From: a virus
Lineage: Duplodnaviria; Caudoviricetes
Virus record (IMG/VR): IMGVR_UViG_3300028571_002339
Span: 1-57,821 of that record
DNA: 57,821 nucleotides
Direction: 5' to 3' (one strand)
Shown here: positions 17,807 through 27,334 of the stretch, piece by piece
Numbering within the stretch: position 1 is the first letter of the stretch
Layout: the number at the start of each line of letters is the position of its first letter
The notes under the pieces: model-generated
What the model was told of the DNA's origin: nothing
What the model saw: the letters and a program-made list of their open reading frames with translations, nothing else
The model's database searches: none
Translations under genes and position numbers: made by a program

Positions 17807-18826
17807 TTATGCAATTTCTTCAGGTCTATCTTTTCGCCAAATAGCAAGCCAATTAACAGTCGGCGTGTATCGTTGCTCTGAGTTGTAGCAGGTTATTGTA
17901 ACTTTCACGTCATCTTTTCCCCAATAGCAGTACAAAGAGTCATCGCCATTGACAACTCCTGAAAAGTATATGGTTCTGATTGACGGGATAAAAGCCAGTA
18001 AATCAGTCATCTTAAAGCCATCAGGAGGGTAAACATAACTTGTTGTCCCTTCATTTAGGCCAGATTCAATATGCATATTGTGGAATCCGTGAATAGCCTC
18101 GCTCGTTATAATGTCCGATATATTATGAGTGTGGTTTTTGTTTGCGTAGGGCTTTAAATTTTCCTCCGGCACAATCCCATCATCATCAAGCACAAGAACA
18201 TTATTGGGCTCGTTTCCTGCGTGGTGTCCGTCAATCAAGTCAGCGTTTAAGTCTTCGCATTTTGTTTTGTTGGAAACGGCGACTTGTTCGGTTTGGTTTC
18301 CTGCATGGTAACCATCCACTTTATCAGCATCGATTAACCTATGATGCGCGTTAACATCTTTATTGTGGCTGTTTTCAAGATAATCAAGGGAAACAACCGC
18401 AACACTCGGGTCGATTACAAGATTTGTATTTTCTAAGTTTTCAATTTCAACAATAATTTTGATGTAAAAATCTCGGGTTGAACCTTCATCTTCAATTGGT
18501 TTGTAACTTTCGGGAATACTTGCAATTGCAAACAGATTTCTGTCATTATCAAAAATCCCGACTTCTCTTATGTAATAACCGCCTGTATTTGAAGGAATCG
18601 CACATTCAATTACTAATCGATTGCTGTAATTAGTGTCCGCATAGATTCTTGAAATATTGTTTCTGTAAGTTTCATTCACAAGCTGTGTTTGATTTTCTTT
18701 AGGTTCATAATATCCGTCACCGCCATCTCCGACAGCAAAAGAGCTCAGTACAAGCGGAGCAGAGTTTACTTGTGCATCAATTATTTTATTTACGCCGATT
18801 TTTGTTAGTAGTGTATAAAATTCCAT
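17807..18826 (-). CDS. tail fibre protein (P2 gpH N-terminal/DUF3751-like)
   Basis: FYTLLTKIG, AVGDG, GGYYIREVGIFD; DADKVDGYHA and NADLIDGHHA repeats. Confidence 0.85.
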   Translation of the reverse strand: MEFYTLLTKIGVNKIIDAQVNSAPLVLSSFAVGDGGDGYYEPKENQTQLVNETYRNNISRIYADTNYSNRLVIECAIPSNTGGYYIREVGIFDNDRNLFAIASIPESYKPIEDEGSTRDFYIKIIVEIENLENTNLVIDPSVAVVSLDYLENSHNKDVNAHHRLIDADKVDGYHAGNQTEQVAVSNKTKCEDLNADLIDGHHAGNEPNNVLVLDDDGIVPEENLKPYANKNHTHNISDIITSEAIHGFHNMHIESGLNEGTTSYVYPPDGFKMTDLLAFIPSIRTIYFSGVVNGDDSLYCYWGKDDVKVTITCYNSEQRYTPTVNWLAIWRKDRPEEIA

Positions 18827-18834
18827 AAAGCCTC

Positions 18835-19503
18835 CTATCCAAATGCCCATACAGATTCATCAAATTTGGAATTATCAAAAAATAATGTTGAAAGATTGAG
18901 GTTGGTTTTGGAGTTTTTGCCCCAATTCTTTGCATCCCAATTGTCTGTATCCCAAAATAAATCAAATGGTTTTGGTAAAACTGTTACTGTTTCGCCTGTG
19001 ATTGCTGCAAGTTTTCCTTTGCAGGCTTTAACTTTTGATGACATTGAAATGCTAACGCTCGCTAGATGCGAACGCACATTTTTGTATTCATTTATCAAGT
19101 CTTCAAGTTTTGCGATGAGGTCATAGTCCAAGCCTTTTGAAACAAAATTCAGGTCAACAGAAAAAGTAAAAGGGTCACCGCCTGTTTCAAACCATTCTTG
19201 GATCTTGCCCTCGATGCCGAACATATCAAATATTCGTGTAAGCGCGTATTTTGTGCCTTTATGCCTGTGAACTTCAATCGCACGTTTTATCAAATCCCGT
19301 TTTTCATCATCATTTCTAGCTTGAAGCCAACCTTCATTCCCTGTAACGTGGTATTGTTCAGCCAAGTGTGGCAGTGCATCTGATGGCACATTATCAATAA
19401 TGGTTACTAAAAGACAGGTCAAATCTATGTTTGAGAATCGCTCATCGGCAATTGCATCAATTATTTTCAAATTCAAATCATTAATCGGAGTCAAATTACT
19501 CAT
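18835..19503 (-). CDS. phage tail protein I (P2 gpI-like)
   Basis: LPHLAEQY, AIEVHRHKGT, EWFE..GDPFTF, KNVRSHL. Confidence 0.9.
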   Translation of the reverse strand: MSNLTPINDLNLKIIDAIADERFSNIDLTCLLVTIIDNVPSDALPHLAEQYHVTGNEGWLQARNDDEKRDLIKRAIEVHRHKGTKYALTRIFDMFGIEGKIQEWFETGGDPFTFSVDLNFVSKGLDYDLIAKLEDLINEYKNVRSHLASVSISMSSKVKACKGKLAAITGETVTVLPKPFDLFWDTDNWDAKNWGKNSKTNLNLSTLFFDNSKFDESVWAFG

Positions 19504-20605
19504 TAGCGTATCCTCCGATTGTGATGTCAAAATTCTTTAAATCAGCCCACTGATAATCAAGAATGTCTATATCAACAGGCGTTGTTAAATCAACTTTAAA
19601 CACACCGTAAATGCTGTTTAAAATAGAAATAATTTGAGTTCTGATAACATCTTTTCCAAGTTTTTCAGCCAATGCAATTTTGTACTCGGTAAGTCTTGCA
19701 TTAATAGTTGCCATAACGCTTGTTTTATCTGCATATGAGAATAAAACAATACTTGCATTCAAGATGAATTCAATTCTTTCGGGAGATTTAACCACAACTT
19801 TGTCTGTTAGCGGCCGCACTTTGTCATCGCTCAAATAACTTTGAACTATACTCAAAATTTCTGTTGACGGATTGCCGGTTTTTGTTAAAGGATAAACTTC
19901 AACGACTCCGGGGCTTGGTGATAAAACGGCAACATCTGTTATACTTTGGTGTGCTGATAAAGTATGGAAACGATAAGCTCCTTTACTTCCTGCATTTGAA
20001 AAACTTTCCGGTGCTTGACGAATTCTTTCTCTTAAATTCTCGACATCTTCATCATCGGCTCCGCCTGAGCTTACAGTGATATTTTCAACTGCACTGATAT
20101 AAGAAAGCGGCGTAATTAAATCATTGATTGATTTTAGTGTGTAATTGTTCGCTGCAACACCTGCTGTTTGACAAACTGATTCAATATCAACATACAACTC
20201 ACCTGCTTTTAAAGTTGCAACCGCAGTTGTTTCAAATACAAAAAGTTCGTCTTTTGTTCCGACTTCTGCTCCTTGCTGAATAGTATAATCAAATTCCAGT
20301 GCTTCCTCTACTGAAAATCTCAAAGTCGTTGTTGCACAATCGGCAAGCAGTTTTGTAACACCTAAAGGTTCTCCGATATGCTCCAAAATATTGAGAGGGG
20401 CATAGCTTAATAAATTTTCTTTTGCAATTTCTTGGATTTTTATCCTCAAAAGATTTTCACGATACGCACAACTATCAATCATCAATCTTTCGATTTGTGC
20501 AGGCTGTAAAACTTTGCCTGACTTTGATTCATATAAATCAATCCATTCTTGAGTTATTTTATCCGCATCACGTTCAATAAAATTCGGTTCAGGAAGCTGT
20601 GTCAT
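19496..20605 (-). CDS. baseplate J protein
   Basis: GGADDED.ENLRERI, AGSKGAY.FH, VRPLTD. Confidence 0.9.
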   Translation of the reverse strand: MTQLPEPNFIERDADKITQEWIDLYESKSGKVLQPAQIERLMIDSCAYRENLLRIKIQEIAKENLLSYAPLNILEHIGEPLGVTKLLADCATTTLRFSVEEALEFDYTIQQGAEVGTKDELFVFETTAVATLKAGELYVDIESVCQTAGVAANNYTLKSINDLITPLSYISAVENITVSSGGADDEDVENLRERIRQAPESFSNAGSKGAYRFHTLSAHQSITDVAVLSPSPGVVEVYPLTKTGNPSTEILSIVQSYLSDDKVRPLTDKVVVKSPERIEFILNASIVLFSYADKTSVMATINARLTEYKIALAEKLGKDVIRTQIISILNSIYGVFKVDLTTPVDIDILDYQWADLKNFDITIGGYANE

Positions 20606-20964
20606 AGACTCACCTCCGCTGTTGATGTAGTAGAAGAATCTTCCTTTAAGCTCCATTGAACTTTTATATTTAACTGTGTTTGATTAATTTCTATGGTTAC
20701 AGAATCAACATTAACCCTTGTTTCCCAAAGATTTATCGCATCAATAACTTCTCTTGTGATGTTCGGTTTTGCAACATTTACAGGATAATCAACGTATTTT
20801 AAAATATCCGAGCCGAAAGTCGGGCGGTGTGGAACAGAGCCTTTTTGTGTTGATAAAATTATGGTAATGCATTGGTTAATATCCTCAATCCCCTCTGAAA
20901 CAGAGCCAATTTGATTGAGTTTTAATTGCCAATCTACATATTTAATTTCTGATAATGTTGTCAT
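20602..20964 (-). CDS. baseplate wedge GpW/gp25-like
   Basis: ILSTQKGSVPHRPTFGS, AINLWETRV. Confidence 0.9.
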   Translation of the reverse strand: MTTLSEIKYVDWQLKLNQIGSVSEGIEDINQCITIILSTQKGSVPHRPTFGSDILKYVDYPVNVAKPNITREVIDAINLWETRVNVDSVTIEINQTQLNIKVQWSLKEDSSTTSTAEVSL

Positions 20965-21473
20965 TACATAGCTCCATCAGGGGCAGAAGTAGGACTGCCC
21001 ATATTTCCTGTGTGAGTGTGTGGGTTGTAAACATCACGCATCGCCTGCATTGAAGATTTTTTGTCAGTAATATCTGCTGCAGAAGTTATTCCATCGGTGT
21101 TTTTGATTTTTCCTGTATTTAAAATATCCGCAACGATATTGAGCGTTTTTGCAACGATAGTCAGCATTTGAGTTTCTTTGTTGTATTCAATAAAACTGCC
21201 GTCTTCAAATTTTATAATGTGCTGATCCTTTGAAATCCCCGGAACTGAATCGACTCCGGTGTAAATTGCGCCAAGAATTACACCATCCTCGGAATTATCA
21301 TCCATAAGACATGCAACCTGTTCGCCAACATCTACCATCGAGTAGAATTTATCCTTGTTCGTTTTCTGCTGAAGCATAGGAAGCCAAAATGATGTAATAT
21401 CATCATCTGCAAACTGCACACGAGCCTTTGCAGTTAGAGGATTTATGTTAGTAACAACGCCGAATTTTAACAC
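20964..21473 (-). CDS. baseplate spike GpV
   Basis: KARVQF, GEQVACL, GVILGAIY, C-terminal HTH metal motif. Confidence 0.9.
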   Translation of the reverse strand: MLKFGVVTNINPLTAKARVQFADDDITSFWLPMLQQKTNKDKFYSMVDVGEQVACLMDDNSEDGVILGAIYTGVDSVPGISKDQHIIKFEDGSFIEYNKETQMLTIVAKTLNIVADILNTGKIKNTDGITSAADITDKKSSMQAMRDVYNPHTHTGNMGSPTSAPDGAM

Positions 21474-22435
21474 GATGTCACCTCCAAACTCGTTGTGTAT
21501 CCTGAACTACGATCGATTGTATGACGTGCTTCTTTTATGTGATATTTTCCTGAGAAGTACCCCAAATCTTTCAACTCGACATTCAAACCTGCTACAAGAT
21601 AAGGGTTTCCGCACATATCAATTGAACCTTCGATGGTGTCTTTACCTTTGGCAAGTGCTGCTTTGGCTTTTAAAATCGCTTGCTGTTTGTTTTCACAGCG
21701 AACATTTAATTTTAATGAATCACCTTTTACACAGCTTTGATTTTTTACAGTCGCACTAACCTTTTTGCCTATTTTTGGGTTGTGGTAGCTGACCGTTACT
21801 GATTTATAATTTTTGCTTGTTTTCTCTGACAAATTAATCCTTGCTAAATCAGTTCGATACAAGATTTTTGCAGAACTTGCATTAACAAGTTTTTCGGTTT
21901 TATAAAAAACAAGATTACCCTCGGCGATTTTGAAAATATATCCGTATTGTTCAGCAAGTTTTTTTAAGAAAGTTAAATCACGTTCTTGATTTTGAGTAAT
22001 ACGTTCAACTTTCACATCTTCAATTGAACCGACAAGTTTAAGGCTGTGGCGTTTTGCTATTTCGGATGCAATCTGTTTTAAAGTTTTATTTTCATAAGCA
22101 ATAGAATTATTTTGTCTTAAAGGTTTCTTAATCCCTGTCGCAATCGCTTTTACAATCAGAGTATCAGGCGGAGTTTCAAACTCAATTTCATCAATTTCAA
22201 ATAATCCGCAGTTTAGAAGTTTTTCGCCTTCATAGCCGATAAATAGTCTTAGTGAATCACCTTTACTTGGAATCCAAGCATTTTGCCAAAGTTTCTCTGA
22301 ATCCTCAAAAGTAATAGAAATTTCATCACTTTGTCCGTGTTCAAAATCAGTGTATTCAATATTTACAACGTAATTTGAAACATCCTTTGTGATGTCTTTT
22401 TTATTGTATTCAAGTTTAAATGTTGGTTTTAACAT
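21467..22435 (-). CDS. late control D / tail hub protein
   Basis: GQSDEISI, CGLFEIDEIE, QNQERDLTFL..LA..YG. Confidence 0.85.
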   Translation of the reverse strand: MLKPTFKLEYNKKDITKDVSNYVVNIEYTDFEHGQSDEISITFEDSEKLWQNAWIPSKGDSLRLFIGYEGEKLLNCGLFEIDEIEFETPPDTLIVKAIATGIKKPLRQNNSIAYENKTLKQIASEIAKRHSLKLVGSIEDVKVERITQNQERDLTFLKKLAEQYGYIFKIAEGNLVFYKTEKLVNASSAKILYRTDLARINLSEKTSKNYKSVTVSYHNPKIGKKVSATVKNQSCVKGDSLKLNVRCENKQQAILKAKAALAKGKDTIEGSIDMCGNPYLVAGLNVELKDLGYFSGKYHIKEARHTIDRSSGYTTSLEVTSC

Positions 22436-22650
22436 TAACTTCTCCAGGGTGGTAGTTCAAAAGTAATTTCGTTATTTGCATCAAGCACCGGAATTTTTAG
22501 CTTTATGCCGGATTCAAGAGTTGGGGTAATCGGGACTGAGGGGTTTGCCTGAATAATGACTTCATATTTGGTTGCATCTTGATAAAATTTGTATGCAATC
22601 GAATCCCATCGGTCATTGTCTTTTGTAATGTAGGAGTAGAATTCTGTCAT
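22435..22650 (-). CDS. tail protein X (LysM-like)
   Basis: DRWDSIAYKFY, IQANP, LPPW. Confidence 0.9.
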   Translation of the reverse strand: MTEFYSYITKDNDRWDSIAYKFYQDATKYEVIIQANPSVPITPTLESGIKLKIPVLDANNEITFELPPWRS

Positions 22651-23066
22651 TTCTTTTTCATTCCTCCCTGCTTTTGTTTTTTCTCAGGGATTTTGCCTGT
22701 GTATTCCCGAAGCTTCAAATCGACCTGCACCGAAATCAAATCGCCTTCTTTACTTGTCTGTTCTGTTGTAGAGATAATTTCAGACAAAACAAAAACACCA
22801 ACATACTCGCCGTTTCCTTTTATGAATTTCAACAGTTCAGCTTTATTTGCAACGGTTTTCAATTTTTTAATTTCATCTTCAGGGACACAAAAAGAGTTAT
22901 GAAAATTGAGCTTGATATTTTGTTCTTGCAAATTCATTCCCATAAACTGCAAGACAGGCTTGTTATTAATCCGCTCATGTTCAGCGTAATTATATGAAAC
23001 GGTTTCTTCGATGCCGTTAAAGTATGTTATTAATTCAAATTGAATATCGCCAAGTTGTGCAAACAT
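22647..23066 (-). CDS. phage tail protein GpU-like
   Basis: MFAQLGDIQF, YAEH..I..KP.LQ..G. Confidence 0.85.
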   Translation of the reverse strand: MFAQLGDIQFELITYFNGIEETVSYNYAEHERINNKPVLQFMGMNLQEQNIKLNFHNSFCVPEDEIKKLKTVANKAELLKFIKGNGEYVGVFVLSEIISTTEQTSKEGDLISVQVDLKLREYTGKIPEKKQKQGGMKKK

Positions 23067-25507
23067 CAGTAAGCAAGCCTCATTTTTCTTTCATTTTCTT
23101 TTCTTACCATCGTGAGAATTTCTTCTTTATGTTTTTTGAGCAGTGCAAGAAAATCATCTTTTGCACCCTGTTTTGCACCTGACATTGTAATAATAGGGTT
23201 GTAGTGAATGACTGTTGAGCCACCGCCGGAGTTTACTCCTCTTGATTGGGCTTTTAAGGGGAGTGATTTGAAGCTCAACGCCTTGTTCATCGCAGCAACA
23301 ATTGGTAACGGTTTTATTGCAGATGCAATAGTTTCTGAGATTTTGACCTTGTGCAAATCTTTCAACGGACCTGTTTTAGCAGGAGAATGTGGTAAGTGGT
23401 CCCTGATGATTTGTGCGTGTTTATTTATTGCAGCTTGAGTTTTGCCTGTCTTGCTTAAAAGTCCGAATGTCAGCATATCGCCAATTTTTGCACCAAACTC
23501 GAACGCTTTTTGAACAAGGTTTGCAAATTTAAGAATAATATTTGCAATCGCTTTGCCGAATTTCACACCCATTTTTTCTGCGGCTCCACCGACATCATCA
23601 ACAGGTGTAAACAACTTTTTAAGCCAGTCAAACACTGCTTTTATAGGTTTTGTTATTGGTTCAAGGGCTTGTGCTAATTTGTTAAAAACAGGCATTAAAG
23701 GAGCTAAACCTTCTTTTAAACCTTGAAAAACACCTTTGAAAAATCCTGTAATAGGCTTCCAATATTTGTAAATCACAAAGGCAACTCCTGCAATTGCAAG
23801 TGCAATCCAGCCCAAAGGAGAAGTCAAAAGGGTTAGAGAAAAGGCACGGAATGATACTATTGCGGTTCTAATTATTGATGGGATTGATAAAAATCCTGTT
23901 TTGAATGATTTTAAACCGTTCATAAAATTCGCAGGAATCGCTTTAACAGAATTTATCGTCCAATCTTTCAAAGCTATTGTTGATTTCAAAATATTTGAAG
24001 GAAGATTTTTAAAAGAATTTCTCAAGTCGTTATCAATTCTTCTGACATCTGCTCCAAAACCCAAAAGAACGTGTTTTGGCAAATCCAAGCCTAATTTATT
24101 GCCGGCTTTAAAAATGTTAAAAGCATTATTTAAGCTGTGAGAAGAGGAGTTAAGTCCCATAAATTCTAAAAGTGCTACGGAGTTTTTTACTAAAACAGGA
24201 GTCAGCGCTCGAGCTTTTTCTAAAAAAGTGCCGTAAAAACCAATGAGTTTTCCGGTTAACATTGTACTGACCCCAAGTAAAGTAAGTGCAAGACCTGCCC
24301 CGATTGTACCAATTACCGCAGTAAACAATCCTTTTTGCATAACAGGGTTTGAATTTATTTTGTTTAATAAATCGTTCAAGGCTTTTAAAGGTGCGTGTAA
24401 ATGAGGAAAAACTAGCTCTTTCATATTAATCCGAAGCTGTTTCCACTGCTCATTTGTCGTTGTCATCATATTGGTAAAATCGCTGTCGATAATGCCTGAA
24501 GCACCAAGAGCAGATGATTTAATCCTTTTGTATTCATCCAAATTCTGAAGCATTGGTTTTATAAAAGACAAAACCTGTTTATCCTGAAAGACTTCAGAGA
24601 CTTTAAAAATATCGCCTTTGCTTGCTTTTTTCATCACTTCAAGGACTTCTAAAATCGGGTCTTTACCTTGCTTGGCGGCATCTACCAAAACATTTTTCAA
24701 ATTGATGCCGAAAGTATCTTTGAAATTTTTAACAGCAAGCGGAGATGTTACTTTTTGAATAAAGTTTTCCAAATTGTTTGCAGCTTCAGATGCATCACCT
24801 GCACCTTTCATTGCAATTTGAAGAGCCGCACCAAGTGATGCAACCGCAGGAACACCTTTCATTCCAAGCATACTGGCACCTGCCGTTAAACTAGGAAACG
24901 CTGATGCCATATCTTTTAATTCAAAACGTCCTTCTTTACCTGACTGAGCAAGAATATCCATGGATTTCGAAAGGTCATTAATCGGGACTTTTAAGTTATC
25001 GGACACAGAAAAAGCAGTTTTAGAAATATCAATAATCGCAGCTTGCTCTGCTGTAGCAGTTTTGCCGATTACATTCATATAATCAAGTGCTTTTGTTGGA
25101 TCAACACCTGAAGCTACAAGAACGTTCAAACCCTCAATAATCTCAGGGCGATATTGGTTTGTGTATTTTGAAATTTGCCCTAGTTTTTCGTCCATATTAG
25201 CAATTTGCTTTGCAGTCAATTCGCCAACATTTCCAAGTTCTCTGAGTCGGTGCTCCATTTCAAAAGCCTCTTGAATAGCATCTGTCATACCTAATTGATG
25301 AGCGATTCCAACACCTGCAGCAGTGAGTCCTGCACCTGCGGTTGCAATCTTTTTACCCATTTCATCAAACATTCTTGAGGTTTCTTTTATTTCATTTTGG
25401 AGTTTTTGAAATTCTGTTTCGGATTTTTTTACAGCATCTTTGATTACCCTCGACATTTTATCGATGGCGACAAGCGTTAATGAAATTTTCATCATATTGT
25501 CTATCAT
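23066..25507 (-). CDS. tail tape measure protein (TP901-type core)
   Basis: GKEGRFELKDMA, GDASEAANN; long helical protein at the canonical position. Confidence 0.9.
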   Translation of the reverse strand: MIDNMMKISLTLVAIDKMSRVIKDAVKKSETEFQKLQNEIKETSRMFDEMGKKIATAGAGLTAAGVGIAHQLGMTDAIQEAFEMEHRLRELGNVGELTAKQIANMDEKLGQISKYTNQYRPEIIEGLNVLVASGVDPTKALDYMNVIGKTATAEQAAIIDISKTAFSVSDNLKVPINDLSKSMDILAQSGKEGRFELKDMASAFPSLTAGASMLGMKGVPAVASLGAALQIAMKGAGDASEAANNLENFIQKVTSPLAVKNFKDTFGINLKNVLVDAAKQGKDPILEVLEVMKKASKGDIFKVSEVFQDKQVLSFIKPMLQNLDEYKRIKSSALGASGIIDSDFTNMMTTTNEQWKQLRINMKELVFPHLHAPLKALNDLLNKINSNPVMQKGLFTAVIGTIGAGLALTLLGVSTMLTGKLIGFYGTFLEKARALTPVLVKNSVALLEFMGLNSSSHSLNNAFNIFKAGNKLGLDLPKHVLLGFGADVRRIDNDLRNSFKNLPSNILKSTIALKDWTINSVKAIPANFMNGLKSFKTGFLSIPSIIRTAIVSFRAFSLTLLTSPLGWIALAIAGVAFVIYKYWKPITGFFKGVFQGLKEGLAPLMPVFNKLAQALEPITKPIKAVFDWLKKLFTPVDDVGGAAEKMGVKFGKAIANIILKFANLVQKAFEFGAKIGDMLTFGLLSKTGKTQAAINKHAQIIRDHLPHSPAKTGPLKDLHKVKISETIASAIKPLPIVAAMNKALSFKSLPLKAQSRGVNSGGGSTVIHYNPIITMSGAKQGAKDDFLALLKKHKEEILTMVRKENERKMRLAY

Positions 25508-25680
25508 TGATTCTCAAACATTTCCTCTATATTGTCAGAATGCTTTTGGCTATATTTCATAGCTTCAAGCACCCAAAACTCTAATGTATCCAGGGGCATT
25601 TCTTTTAAATCCGAATAACTCCACCCGGTTATTTTTGAAAGATGGATTATGCATTCTGCACTGATGGCTGTAACTTCCCC
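25504..25680 (-). CDS. putative -1 frameshift extension of the tail assembly chaperone (gpE'/gpGT-like)
   Basis: Open -1 frame ...ECIIHLSKITGWSYSDLKEMPLDTLEFW...NQ* ending on the TMP start; GGGGAAG at 25680-25674. Confidence 0.7.
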   Translation of the reverse strand, partial: GEVTAISAECIIHLSKITGWSYSDLKEMPLDTLEFWVLEAMKYSQKHSDNIEEMFENQ

Positions 25681-25898
25681 GAAATAGCACCTTGAAGATT
25701 GATTACATCTTCAATCGGCAGTTCCAAAATATCCTCATAGACAAGGAAATTGCCGTCTATTTCGCAAAGTTCTGCAATCAAAGCATATGGGATTTCATCC
25801 GAAGTTTTTGCTTTTTTCTGCGCGTTCAAAAGGTCAAGACCTTTGCCGTCTTTAACTATTGCGATTTTGCCATCTGATAATGTGATTTCTTTTGTCAT
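25647..25898 (-). CDS. tail assembly chaperone
   Basis: Small acidic protein between tube and TMP; start MTKE after AAGGA. Confidence 0.75.
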   Translation of the reverse strand: MTKEITLSDGKIAIVKDGKGLDLLNAQKKAKTSDEIPYALIAELCEIDGNFLVYEDILELPIEDVINLQGAISGKLQPSVQNA

Positions 25899-25970
25899 TT
25901 TATAATCCTTTCTGTTAATCTTTTTGATAATCCACTTGAAATATAGTCGCATTTATGCTACTATATAAAT

Positions 25971-26297
25971 ATGAGTAAATATGAAATTGAAATTTATGAA
26001 ACACTTGATGGAAAAGAACCTTTCTATATTTGGTATGAATCAATTCAGGATTCAAGAACCAAAGTTAGAATAGATAAGCGATTGGACAGGGTTCAAGATG
26101 GAAACTTCGGAGATTTCAAATCTGTTTCTCAAGACTTATTTGAACTTCGCCTGGCTTTCGGTTCAGGTTATCGCATATATTACACCGTAGAAAATAGTAA
26201 AATAGTTATGTTATTAGTCGGTGGCGACAAGAAAAGCCAGTCAAGTGATATTCAAAAAGCTAAAAATTATTTAAAAGAATATAAGGAGAATAAATAA
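25971..26297 (+). CDS. RelE/ParE-family toxin (addiction module killer, HI1419-like)
   Basis: GNFGDFKSV, ELR..FGSGYRIYY, LL.GGDK.SQ..DI. Confidence 0.9.
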   Translation: MSKYEIEIYETLDGKEPFYIWYESIQDSRTKVRIDKRLDRVQDGNFGDFKSVSQDLFELRLAFGSGYRIYYTVENSKIVMLLVGGDKKSQSSDIQKAKNYLKEYKENK

Positions 26298-26632
26298 TGG
26301 GCAGAAAATTTCGTAAATGGAATGAAGTTATGGAAGAAAACTTTCAAAAAGAAGGTTATTCTGAACTTTACTTAGAAGCTGCCATCGAAGATTTCGAACA
26401 AGATGGTGATGCTACTTCCTTGATGCTTGCTATAAAGCGAGTCGCCGATGCTCAAGGTGGAGTGAAAGTTCTTTCAGAACGTTCTCATTTAAACAAACAA
26501 AATTTATATAAAATTTTCAATAACAAAACATCTCCACGTTTTGATACGCTTTCAAAAATTCTTAAAGCTTTAGGGTATAGTTTTTCAATTAAGTCATCTG
26601 GCACCTCCTTAAAGACTTGTCCTAATTGTTAG
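26297..26632 (+). CDS. HTH antitoxin (addiction module antidote, HI1420-like)
   Basis: YLEAAIE, VADAQGG, NLYK......PRFDTL.KILKALG. Confidence 0.9.
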   Translation: MGRKFRKWNEVMEENFQKEGYSELYLEAAIEDFEQDGDATSLMLAIKRVADAQGGVKVLSERSHLNKQNLYKIFNNKTSPRFDTLSKILKALGYSFSIKSSGTSLKTCPNC

Positions 26633-27150
26633 GCTCCTATATTTTTCTTAAATGTTTCTAACATATCGACTAGGTTTACTTTGTAGATGTTTTCAAGAAC
26701 ATCTATTTCAAAGATTTCCACTTTGTTTACTACTAATTTTGCGTAGGTAACCGACATTGTGGTTTCGTATTCTGCGTTATCGTGAGGTTTGATAGTGCCA
26801 AGCGGAAACTCTTTAAAAGTCCCTATGATAAAAGCAGTTGCAGGTACTTCTTCAATTCGACCTTGTCCGTTATAGGTTTCAAGCGAAGCTCTGACTTGAA
26901 TCATTGCAGCGGTAAAAGGAGTTGCAGCAGCAAGCAAAACTTCAGGATAAAGTGCGTTCCACTTAATTTTGCACTCCAGTTTTTCTATCCCTGAAAAGAA
27001 TTCAGCAGAACCAACCATACCGAGAGCTTTATGCTCCGCCATTTTGTGTTTAATCTGCGGAAGCTGAACTTCTTCTGCTCGGCCCAAAAGGTTTACACCA
27101 TTCATATAAACATTGGCGTTGGTTAATTTATTAATTTTTATCTTGCTCAT
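26629..27150 (-). CDS. major tail tube protein
   Basis: TNANVY.NG..LLG.AEEV.LP, EIDVLENIYKV. Confidence 0.9.
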   Translation of the reverse strand: MSKIKINKLTNANVYMNGVNLLGRAEEVQLPQIKHKMAEHKALGMVGSAEFFSGIEKLECKIKWNALYPEVLLAAATPFTAAMIQVRASLETYNGQGRIEEVPATAFIIGTFKEFPLGTIKPHDNAEYETTMSVTYAKLVVNKVEIFEIDVLENIYKVNLVDMLETFKKNIGA

Positions 27151-27151
27151 G

Positions 27152-27334
27152 TTATTTTCCTTTTTGGTACAATCCGCACTCACCTATTGCAATGTCTGAG
27201 TAGTGGAGTATTACTATTTCTTGGCTGATGGCTTGGATTAGTGGGCATTTCTCTACGTTTTTGCATTTGTGGCAGAGGTCATAATCTTCGCAAAATATGC
27301 TGAGTCGCCCTTGTTTATTTATTTCTGCTCGCAT
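27152..27334 (-). CDS. small Cys-rich phage protein
   Basis: 60 aa with CEDYDLCHKC..VEKCP...EC, tightly packed between sheath and tube. Confidence 0.6.
   Translation of the reverse strand: MRAEINKQGRLSIFCEDYDLCHKCKNVEKCPLIQAISQEIVILHYSDIAIGECGLYQKGK

Noticed and set aside
15611-18826. Diversity-generating retroelement or fibre shufflon
   Set aside because: No reverse transcriptase, no template/variable repeat pair and no repeated crossover sites seen by eye
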